Positions 13,301-24,120 of a stretch of 64,000 nucleotides of DNA are shown here, one piece after another (position 1 is the stretch's first letter; each line of letters opens with the position of its first letter). Made by a program: the position numbers and the translations under genes. The notes under the pieces were generated by a model. The model ran no database searches. It was not told the origin of the DNA and worked only from the letters and a program-made list of their open reading frames with translations. Source of the stretch: the human T2T-CHM13v2.0 reference genome, Homo sapiens; NCBI RefSeq assembly GCF_009914755.1, contig NC_060946.1; one strand, written 5' to 3'.

Positions 13301-16300
13301 AGCTGCAAAGGCTGCTTGGGGGAGCAGGACGTTAGTGTCTTCTGCACACAGCCTCAGACCCAGCCTCGTGGCAGCTCCAGCACCTCAGCTGCCACCTGCT
13401 CCAGCCTGGGGATGGAGGAAGTGTCGATGGCCCTGTGCCAAGCCTCACTTGCCACTCTACTACTGAGACTGTGGGATGGCCTCTGGAAAGGCCAACCACT
13501 CCACCGGCTGCTTGCACAGAGAACCTGTGAGCGCTGCTTCTCTGCCCAGGCAGGGACCCTCCCCAGCATCCCCGGCCCTCACTCCTGCATCTGCTTGTAT
13601 GCCTCCGGGGCTGGAGAACTCACTGCCTCTCTGCCAACAGTGGAGCTGACCCAAGCCTCAGGACCCACGCTCAGAGGACAAGAACGCCCTGGGTGAGGGG
13701 CAGGGATGGGGGAGGGGCCCCAGGCAGGCTGAGTGGGAAGACAAGGAAGGGGGGAGGGAGCGCACCTGTACCCACCCCCACCCTGCCGGCCAGCCTGAGG
13801 TGAGGCCCCCAGCCCTGCGCCAGGGACGGAGGACAAACGGTGGTTTTGTCCTTGGCCAGCGGGCGGCCCGCACCACACAATGACCCTTTCATCAGGCTGA
13901 AGGAGCCCTGGGCCGGGGTTTCATCTGACAAGGGAGGGCGCCCGGCCTCCTGTCCCTTTGGGAGGGGAGCTGAGCCCCATCTGAGCCGGACCCAAGGCTG
14001 TGTAGGGCGGCAGCCTTAGGAGCCTGCTACCGCCTCTCCATCTGCTGGGGATGACAGGGAGCAGTGTGAGCCGTGAGGGCTTGGGCTCCCACTGCATGTG
14101 GGTCCTAGTTCTGGGGGCTCCGCACCCTGGCCCTGGGCCGATGGCCTAGACACCCACAACCGAGCCCTCTACCTCATCCAACACCGCTATGCCACACCCA
14201 GGGTCTGTTAGGGTCCTCCGAGAACAGAGCCTTGGTCCACACCCAAGCAGGGGCCCTGGGCTCCCCATAGGCACCCACCTGCCCTGCCAGGGTGACTCAA
14301 GCCTCCGGGGATGTGGTGGGTGGGAGGGGAAGGGGCGGGAGTGTGACTTGCTTGGCCATTGTCCACTGTGTCCCCAGAGGAGCCCAGGGAAGTGTGTGAA
14401 TGAGGGAACAATAATGTGCCGTCGGCGCCTCAAAAATCACCAACTTCATGATCATCACCTCGCCCCCCATCAGCACCTCCAACTGCTGGCTGGAGCCTGA
14501 GGCCCTGGGAGACCCTGATTCCACTCCCCGTGGGACTGCATAGGGGGAGCTTCCCTTCAGAGGCAGCGCGGGCACTGGGTGAGGAGCTGGAACTGGGAGG
14601 GCTGAACCCCTGGGATCCAAGGTGACCTTGGGAAACAGCCTCTTCTCTGGATCCTGGCATCCCATCGGCCCACCTCAGCAAGATGTTCTGAGCCTCCCTG
14701 GAGGGGAACCCCTGGTGAATGTGTTTGACAGTATTGTTCCCTCTTCTAGGGGTCTCTTTCATGTGCCTGTTTAGTCTGGCCAACTCCTATCCATCCTTCA
14801 AAACCCTGTCTGAGAGTCATCTCCTCTGGGAAGCCCTCTGAGATGCCCTAGGGGGTCCACCACTCCTTCCTGAATGAACACAGCCACTGGGCCTCCCTCT
14901 GTGCTGCCTGTGGCCAACCTCCCTGTTCCTGATAGCTGAGAATGGCCTGTCTCCTGCACACCGACCACACCAGGCATCAAGCTAGAGCTTCCCACAGCCA
15001 CCCGGTGAGGTTTGTGCTCCCGTGATCTGCACTGGAGAGGGAAGAGCTGGGCCTTGGGACACAGCCAGGCAGTGAGGGCCCTGTGGAGTCAGGATGAGGA
15101 CCCAGATCTGAGTCACTATCATGCCCTTTGGCCTCACGGGAAACCATGTTAGAAAACGGCGCATTATCCTACAGGCCTCAGTGCACAACCGTGGAGTCCA
15201 GCGTCACCCCAGGACCTCCTGTCCTCCCTCTGCACACAGACGGTCCAGGATGCACATTCTCCCCTTTAGCCAATGGTTGTTGGGTCTCGTCCACCTGGTG
15301 ATGAGTTCTGGGGAGTTTCCTGTGATTAGGGAGGCTCCACTTGCCCACCTCCAGTGGGGGGTCCCCAGTTGAGATCTCATCAGATTTCCCAGCTTGAACC
15401 CCACATGCACACCCTCTATGGAACGTTCTACACTTTCAAGTGCCAACTACACGTGGCCTGATCTGAGCCTTGGGAGAGGGATCACCATCCCAAGTGACCC
15501 ATGAGGAGACTGAGGCCCAGAGAGGCTCATGGACCTGCTCAGGGCACACAGCAGAGCCCCTCCCAGACCTGGATAGACGCAGACCCTCCAGGCTGGGAGT
15601 TGCCCCTCCCCCAAGGGCAACCTGAACACGCCTGAGCCACGGGGCGCATCCTGTCCCCACACGGGCCATGGTGCCATGGGAGTAGGCCTGGTTCATCTCC
15701 TCCCCCTCGAGGGTCATGGCCACAGCACTTCTGGGACTGTGGCTGGCACCGCTGACAAAGCCACAGCGGTGGAGCCGGGAAGAGGCCTGGCCTGGCGGGG
15801 CCGTGGTAAGTGCCCCCCCACCCTGCCACAGCCAGGTGGTCGGTGAGTAACCGCCCCGTCACCCATGACTCACTTGGCTCCCCAGAGCAGGCGGTCACCA
15901 TGACAGGCTCCTACCGGAAGACCTGGGGGGGTCGTCAGAGCCAACCCCCACATCTGGGAGAGGAAGACTGAGAGCGGAAGAGACCTGCCTGGGACAGAAG
16001 CGCAGCCTGGTCCTGGTCAAGGCCTCAGCCAGGCCCCCATTGCAGCTGACCCAGCACCACAAGCCTTCCTCTTGGCCTGCAGTCCCCTACCTGCCCTCCC
16101 TTGGGCCCTTACTGACCCCCGCTGGCCCTGGGAGCTCCTGCACTGACAACAGAGCTCTGCACAGAGAAGGCGAGGGCTGGCCAGAGCCGCCTAGCACGGC
16201 TGCAAGTCAGCATGTAGCAGGGGCGCAGGGCGCTTCCAGGCCAACACACCCGTCCAACCTGATCAGTGGCAGGGGCCCAGGCATGCGTCTGGGATTCGGT

Positions 16301-17429
16301 GTGCACCGACCACAGCCCAGGACAGGGAGCTAGAGGAGCAGTCCAGATGAAAGGGGGAGGATCAGCTGTCAGCCAGCGTCTGGGATCCCAGCAATGGGAT
16401 CTGGAAAGCTCCTGAAAGTTCTCTGGAGCAGAATGAAGCCTCCACCCAGCGACCCTCCTAGCCCAGGCATCCTCAGATCCAAAGGCCAATGCCATCGAGT
16501 GCGCCTGCAGTGCTGAGGGTCGGCTGACACTCACCCCCACCTCTCACAGCTCTCCAAGCACTTGCTGCTGGCTGCCTCCCCCAAGTGCAGCCATCGGGTC
16601 AGAGACATCGAAACCAAGGTCTTCTCACTTTGCATGCTTTCATTCAAACCGAATCGCGCAGGCCCTACTCCCATCTATGGTCAGCCTTGCGCCCACCAAA
16701 CAAACCGGGCAAGGGAAATCTGAGACCCACCCCCCTCACTCCGGGAACGTGTCTGGGTTCCTCTCCGCTTGGGGAAGGCTGGCGTCAGCGTCTTCCTCCC
16801 TGTGGGGCAGGAGCTACTGAGGGCAAGTCAGGGATGCAGTCTGCCTTCCTGTCCCCCACGACCCAGGCCAGACCCCAGCACTGGCCCAGGGATGTCTGGA
16901 AAAACTGTTTCCTTAGGAGAATTTCTGCCAACACAGCTGGGCAGTGCACACTCCAGGAGCAAGCCTGGCGGGGGTAGTCACTGCAGGCCCGGATGAGGGG
17001 CCAGCCCTGAGGTAAACCCGGGGTCTGCAGAGGTACACTGGGCCCCAGAGGCCCCTCACTGCTGCCTTGGCATCAACTCCCACCAGGCTTCTGGGGCCCC
17101 TGCGCACCTCCCTCTCTCCGACCCTTACCCCAACCCCCAACCCCCCCACTTCCCTTGCCTCCACCTCCGCAGGACTCCTGGTCTCCCACCCCGGACACCT
17201 CTCTATGAACACCGAACCTCAGCCAGCCGGCTCCAAAACTGATTTCCCAAGCACCGGAGCTGCCAATTCTCTAGCAAGGCCTAAGGCTGAAACGCCAGGA
17301 TTCTGGGGAGGGGGAGGCTTCCTGGCCTCCAACCGCTAGACGCTGAAATTCCAAAGTCCCCTGGTTGATCCAGTTCCTGGAAAGGACACCAGAAGCAGGA
17401 CCCAGGGACCCTGGCACTTTATCAGCCTG

Positions 17430-19450
17430 GGTCCCCACTGCTCAGGCGGTCCCCACCCGCATGCGCCCTGCTGCCCCGCCCCCCTCAGGCGATGCCTCCG
17501 CAGCCGGGGCTGCCCGCCGGGCCTGGAGCGCTCTCTGTGCCCGGACCTTGTAATTATGTCCCACAGCCCGGGAAACCGCGGGCCTCGCAGCATCTGGCTG
17601 CGGTTGCGAACTTTTGTTTCAAGATGCGCGACTATTTATAGAAGGAAAACTGGTAGGATAGTAATTTCCTAGGAGCAAGAGGAGAAATTGGCTGCGTCTT
17701 TATTAAATGGGGGTGGGGGCGAGGCGATGTATTAGGACTGCAACCGCATGGGGGGAGGGGGTGGCGCAGGGAGCGGGAAGGCAGCGGCTGCCCCCTCTGG
17801 CCGCGTCAGGCGACCCCGGACGTGGCCCGCGTGTAAAGGAGGGGGAGGGGGAAGGGAAGAGAAAGGGAGGGAGAGCAGGCTCTGAGGTTTAATCAGTAGC
17901 ATCCAGCTTAAATTCCCCCAAACGGCGGTTCCATAAATGAAACTTCTTTTTAAGTCAGAGGCCAGAGCATATGCGTCCCATTAGGAATTCGGCGAAGCCA
18001 CCACTGCGCGCCCCCTGGGCTCACTGGGCTGGACTCGGCCCTGCCCGGAGCTTCTCAGAGCCCCGTGGGCTCTGCCTTGCCGGGCACACACACGCGCGCC
18101 CACGCTCCGCGCTCTCCCTTGGCCGAGACAACTGGGCGAACGCGGCCGCCAGCACGCAATGCGCGTCCTCCTCGCCCCCAGGTGAGGACTCGGCAGGGGC
18201 AGGGATCAGGCTACCCAGCGCGGCAGGAAGGCGCGAGAAGCCGCAGCGACTTCGGGGTACAGTCCGGGCGCTGTCCGGTGAAGCGCGGCGTGCACGTGCA
18301 TGCCGGTGTTTGCACGAGGGAGCGGGTGTGTGAGTGCGGCTCTCCCAAGTGTGGCATGGTATTGCGCGCCGCGTGGGTTAATATGGGGAGGGGTCCCCCG
18401 CTGGTCCAGGACTCTGCTGGGACGCGCAGGGAATCTCGGCGCCGCTCGCGTGCCCGCGGGCCCTCGCGCTGGGCGTGCACAGCCTGCTCTACTCCCGCAG
18501 TCGAGCCGCTCTCAGGCCATCCTTTCTTTGACCCCAGAGCCAGGACTTCTCACTGCCGTAGCTGCCCGCCAAGTGCTCCACCTCGGCAGCTTAGGCTGGC
18601 GAGGCGACCTAAAGTCCCCCGGCTCCCGCGCGCGACGGTCACCCGGTGCCCCGCCCAGGGGCCTCGCTGCCGCGTTCCCTGCCCGCCCGGTTCCAGCGCT
18701 GGAGGCCCGGGGGGAGCCCACCCGCCCACCCCGCACGCCGCCCGCGGCACTCACAAGTAGCTGCCGCTGGACAGGAGGAGAAAGATCTGCGGGCAATAGA
18801 CGGAGACGAGCGCGCTGCGCGGCGACAGTAGAAGCATGGTGGGCCGGCGCGCCTGGCGGGGCTGAACAGGCTCCGCGGGCCGGGCGCCTGGGCCAGCTGA
18901 GGCCGGGGTCCCCGCGGAGCTCCCCGATGCAGGGCGGCGGCGCTGGGCGCTAGGGGCCGGGTCTCGTGGGCCCGGGCGCAGTTGTCGCCCGTGCCCCGCC
19001 GCTAGGGCCGCGCATGGCGCTGGGTCTGGGGCAGCGGCGGGAGCTGGGGCTGGAGTGCGGGGCGGGGACCCGGCCGGGGGCAGCGGGCGCGCCTTGGCTG
19101 CGGTCTGGACCTCCGTCCGTCTGTCGGTGCGAACCGGCTCTGTCGCTCGCTCTGGCTCACTTCTCCAAGTCTCCCGAGGCGCGCAGCTGCCATTGGACGG
19201 GCCGCCCCTACATCCGCCTCCTCCCCCGGCGGGTTTTTTTAAAGGGGAGGCTGACCGGAGCGTGCGGTGGGAGCCGCCTCCAGGGCTTGCCCAAGTTGCC
19301 TTGGCTGGGACACCCGTACCCCCACCTTTAGGGAGCCACACAGCTCTGGCCTGGCTCCAGAAGGTGCACGTGGGGGCGGCTCCCCGGGGGAACTGCGCGG
19401 AGGCTTGTGCTCCTCTTGGGGGGCTGTGCTCGGCAACGTATGCGCGTGTG
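17430..19450. promoter_or_regulatory. WNT7B: CpG island / alternative promoter for exon 1b
   Basis: Dense CpG spanning exon 1b. TATA-like TTTAAAAAAA on the minus strand at 19234-19243. Confidence 0.85.
18755..18837 (-). CDS. WNT7B: WNT7B alternative first coding exon (exon 1b)
   Basis: Translates MLLLSPRSALVSVYCPQIFLLLSSGSY-L(split), the known alternative Wnt7b N-terminus. Start context cccaccATG. 83 nt (27 codons + 2 nt), same phase as exon 1a. Donor TT|GTGAGT at 18754. Confidence 0.92.
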
Positions 19451-22199
19451 TGCATGCATGTGCCTACATGTGCCTGTGTGTGCCTGCGGGAGCGTGGGCA
19501 GTCTGTGAGGACAGGTGTGTGTGCACAGATGCATTGAGTGTCCTGAGCCTCTGCCCCCGTGTGCCCTGGGTTTAGGGAGGCTGGCTGTGGGTCGCACACA
19601 GGCACTGCCATGGCTAACCAGGCCCAGCCTTGTGCTGGTGCTGAGCTTGCACGACCCTGCCTGGGCACCTCTTTGGAGAGGCCGCCAGTGGGAAGGCATC
19701 GCCAGCAGGTGCTGCTCTCCTCACACAGAGGCTTCCCCACTCTGGCTTCCCCATCCTGCTTCTTTTGCTCTCCTTTGAGCGGTTGGCGGGGATGGGTTTG
19801 TGGAGAAGTAGACCTACAAAGACGTTCTCCCTCCTCGAGTTCCTTTTATTTTTTGTTTAAGCCCAGAAACATAGGTCTAGTGTCCCACCTCCTGTCGTTA
19901 GCCAATTCTGGTTCCACATGACCATCCCTTTACATCTGAATCACAGCACAAAGCAGGAAGATGGCAAGACAAGGGAAGGCTGGGCGGTCTGGCCCGTCGT
20001 CCTGAGGAAGAGGATTTTCTAACTTCTAGACCTGGTGTGGAGGCTCATCATCCAGGAGGAAGCAGCCACTTCCTCCACCTTCATCCCCCCTAGTCCAGGG
20101 CTCTCGGGCCCCTCTGCTTCTGGCCCCAAAGGCAGGGACAGGCTTTCGGCAGGGCTGGTCCTAGAACTGCAGCGACTCCAGTTCCAGTGAGCAGAGAGTG
20201 TCCAGACTCCAGACGGGCTCCTCTGAGTTCTGCTTTGGCCTCCTCCAAGGCTGGAGCTGAAGGCCGCTCAGTCCAAAAAGGGCCCTGGGTGAGAAACTGA
20301 CTCCCTGAAGCCATCAGGTTTTCAAATTGCTCCAAATCCCAGGTGCATTTGTTCTTAGGGCCCTGACCCCTAAGGGGATTGTGAGGGCTGAGTTCTGGTT
20401 CCAGCTGGTACTGGAGTCCTCCAGGGGTTGTACATGTGAGTTGCACCAGGCTTAGGGGCACATGTGTGTGATGGCTGCACGTGCCCAGGTGGCCCCCCTG
20501 TGTAATTAAACACAGGCAGCATGCAGGGAAGTGATCACGTAATACCCCATCCATGCATACAACCTCTGATCTTTGGTCAGAACTTTATGACCCTGAAAAT
20601 CCCAGCTCCTGGGATGCAGATGCCCTGGAATACACCATCTGGAGGAGTCCCCAGGGTGTCAGCCTCAGTGACATCACAGTCATTAACAATAAGAAAGATT
20701 CTCCTGGTATCTACAGGTGTTCATTGGGACACATATCTCCAGCACCCACAGGGCAAAGGCCCTCAGGAGTAACACAGGCAGCACGCAGTGAAGGGGGTGT
20801 TGTGACCCCATTTTTTGGATGAAGAAAGGGAGGCTGAGAGGTTAAAGGGCTCACTCAAGGCCACAGGCTAGGAGTGACAGGAGGACAGAACAGACAGCCC
20901 ATTGGTCCCAGACTCCCCAACCTCCTCCTTAATGCAATGGGCTTCCAGGTCATTTAACCCCTGACGACACACCTGGGCCCAGCTTCCCCCTTCTACCGCT
21001 GCGCGTAGCCAAGATGGCTTGCAAAGAAAGCAGGGCCCTTCTCTCCATTCCTGGCGGGCAGGGGCTGAGCCTCGAGGGAGGGATTGGCTCTCCTTCCCTT
21101 AGCAGATCCCAGGGTAGATCTCTGGCTTTCCTGCTTGCCATTCCACAGGGTGTTCGGAGGTCACATTTTGGAAATCCAGGAGGTGGGTGGGGAGTGTGTG
21201 TTTTAGATTGGCTCACCAGGGGGAGGAGTTTCCCCTCCAGGGGCCCTGGGTGGGGCCTGAGGGCAGAGCCAGGGCCACACAGAAGGAAGCTCAGCCACTG
21301 CTTCACTCTTACCCCCTCCCAGAGGGAGGCTGACACAGGTGCCCGGGGCTCAGGCTGGGCTACACGGAGGCCCGGTGGGGTCTTGCTCACTCAGACCTCT
21401 CTCAGACACTGGCCACCATCCTGTTCAGGATGGCCAGAGCTGCAATCCCTGTTTACAGAAGGGACCAGGAGGCTTGGGAAGGGCACACAGACCTCAAGCC
21501 CTGGAAGCAGCCCCAGGAGCCGGGCTAGGGTGGACCGTCAGCTCCTTCTGCTGTCTATGGGGGTTCCTAGAGGTCTTCCCACCCACTCACTCGTGGGAGG
21601 AAGGGCTGCTTTCCGATGACTGAGGCAGAAGAATGGACGCTAGGAACAGCAGCCCACAGTGGGGGGTCAGAGCCAACTGCAGCCCCAGCTCTGTCACTGA
21701 ATTCTGAGGACAGTGACTTAGGTCCTGTGCCCAGTTTCCTAATCCTTGAATCCGGGAGAGTAAAAGCACCTAACTACTCTAGGGGTGCCAGGAGGGGGAA
21801 GGCCTCAGCGCTGAGAATCAGGCTGCAGGGACAAAGCCTCATTAAGGGTTGCCATCACTTTGAGGGGCCCAGCGGGAGTCACTGCAGGACTGCTGAAGAT
21901 GCAGGAAAAGAGCAGCCTGCCCACTCCACCCCCCGCCCAGCAGGCTCAATGCCCCGCACCCCTCACCTCCATAAACAAACACCCAGGGACACAGCCTACC
22001 CACAGACCTATGATAAACGGGGCTACCGGCAGCCGCAGACACGCCCGCCCAGACCTGCAGGGCTCAGGCTAGGACGGGGGCTTCCAGTCCTGCCTCTGAA
22101 GCCACTGGCTTTGTCTCTGCAGGCCTTGGGCCTCAGTTTCTCCACCTGTAAAATGGCGGGGCAGACATGGGATGGAGGGTGATGGAGAGACGATTCCCA

Positions 22200-24120
22200 G
22201 CGCCTGCTTCCACCTCTCCGCCTGGGAAGCCGCGTCTCCCACCAGTGGTACCTGCACCTGCCCCTCCCGCGGGTCTGTTCACCGCCTTGCCTGTGGCCTG
22301 GACGGGGCTCGCCTCGGGGCAGCCGGCGGCGCACAGTAGGCGCGCAGGGCGCGGCGGGGCCCGGGTCCCCGCAGGTGCGAGGAGCGCGGGGCCAGCAGCG
22401 GGCGGTGGGCGCCCCAGGCGAGGTGCACCGCACCCCCTCTCCGTCACGCCGTTTCTCCACCCCCACTTCGAGCGAAGCCGAGACAGATTCTGTCTAAAGG
22501 AGATCGCGGCTCAACAGGTAAGGACTCGGCTGGGTTCAGGAATGTGGAAATACGACTCGGAGCAGCTACCGCAGAGAGCAGCTAGCGCGGCTCGCCGGGC
22601 GCCCGCCCGCCGGGCCGCGCCAGGGGGAGCGCGGCGAGAGGGGGCCGGGCCCAGGGCCCAGGGCCCCGGGCGGGCGGGGCACGGGCCCCGGACCGAGCCC
22701 GAGGCGGCCCGGCCGGCCCCACGGCCCATCCCGAGCCAGCCGGACGAGTTGTCAAGGTAATTTCAACACGTCTGGGTGATGGATAGAGACGAAGGGCCGC
22801 GGCGGGTGCCCCGGCCTGCGCGCTCGCGGCCGGGTGCGCGCCCCCCGCCCTCCCGGGCCTCCGCAGGCGCCGGACGCCCCCCGACCCCGCCCCGGCGCAC
22901 CCTCCAGGCGGCGAGCGCTCGGCCCGGGCTCGGCGCCCAGCGCAGCCCGGGGGAGGGAAGGCGCGTCCCACCCCCGGGGCCTGGAGCCCAAACAGGTGAA
23001 AGTACGCGCCGGGCACGCTCGCCGCTACCCGCGAGCCCGGCCGGACCGCCCGCGCGCCCCGCTCTCTCTCCTCCCGCGCTGGGCTCGGCGCCTCTCGGGA
23101 GCTCAGGGGGTTGGGCTGCGTCTCTGCTGGCGTGGGGCGAGGGTCTGACACACGGGCCAGCCCCGGAGCCCAGAGAGCTGCAGTGGCCCCCTCCAGTCCC
23201 CACGTCCCCACGGGGACGCCCCGGAGGCAGCTCCTTCGTGCTGTCTTGGCCCCTGGCTGCTGCCCTCGCCCACGGGGTACTCACCCGAGCTTCACGTACA
23301 GGACGCCAAAGCAGAGAAACACGTAGAAAATCCACTTGCGAAAGTTTCTGTGCATGATCCAGGGAGGGGGGCTGCGCCATAGACAGCGGCGGCCGGAGGG
23401 GACGCGCGGGCCCGGCAGGGCCGGGCAGGGGCCAGGGGGCTGCGGGCAGACTGCGCTCAGCCCGCGCTGCGGCTCGGGCGGCCGGCGACGCGCGGGCACT
23501 CGGCGCGCGCTGCCACCATGGTGAGCCCGGGATGCCGCCGCCGCCACCGCCGCGTGAGCCCGGGGAATTGACCCAGGCTGGGGGCCGCGACCTCGAAGCC
23601 CGGTTGAGCGACCGTGGACCCCTGCAAGCGCGGGCCGGGGGCCCGGGCGCGGCTGGCGGGCGGGTGCAGCCTGCACTAGGCGCAGCCGCCTGAGGCCGTG
23701 AGCGCCTCGCCGAGCGCCGCGGCGGCCAATGTGTCCGCACTTGTCGGCCGCCCCAGGTGACTCGCGGCCCCGGCAAGCGAGCCGCGAGCGAGCGAGCGCG
23801 CCCCAGGTAGGAGGATCCGCCTCCCGCCCGCCCTCCTCGCTCGCCGCGCGCTCTCTCCCTCGCTCCCTGGCTCTCCCCTCCCTTTTCTCCTCCCTCCCCC
23901 GTGACACACAAACGCATCTACCCCCCGGCCCCCCCTCCCCAGGCCAGCTCCCTTCCGATTGCCCTCCGGGGACTGGGCGGGGGAAGAGGGCTTGGGTGAC
24001 GAGTGGTGGGGGTGCGGGGAGGGTGCGGCTCGGAAGAGACACCTGCGCTCCTCCGCGCACGCGGGGGTAGGGGCGGGGGTACAGGTGGGGGCGGGAAACT
24101 ACTGGTACAGGTCGCGGTGC
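22200..24120. promoter_or_regulatory. WNT7B: CpG island / main WNT7B promoter and 5'UTR of exon 1a
   Basis: Very high GC and CpG density, GC boxes (GGGGCGG), (GCC)n run at 23534-23552, (GAGC)n at ~23776-23800. TSS expected roughly 23700-23800 (inference). Confidence 0.9.
23285..23355 (-). CDS. WNT7B: WNT7B canonical first coding exon (exon 1a, signal peptide)
   Basis: Translates MHRNFRKWIFYVFLCFGVLYVKL-G(split), which I recognise as the human WNT7B N-terminus. 71 nt (23 codons + 2 nt), followed on the minus strand by donor GG|GTGAGT at 23284. Confidence 0.97.

Noticed and set aside
20553-20822. Globular-looking 89-aa ORF (HTTSDLWSELYDPENP...)
   Set aside because: No recognisable homology, antisense within the intron, runs into a MIR, no clear splice context.
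23512-23523. Perfect plus-strand Kozak GCCACCATGG followed by TGAGC, resembling an EGFP vector start
   Set aside because: Continues as native CpG-island sequence, not GFP. It is the near-palindromic complement of the minus-strand uORF start.
22763-23917. 384-aa and other long Arg/Pro/Gly/Ala ORFs over the CpG islands
   Set aside because: GC-rich stop-poor DNA. Only the WNT7B exon and the short uORFs have supporting signals.
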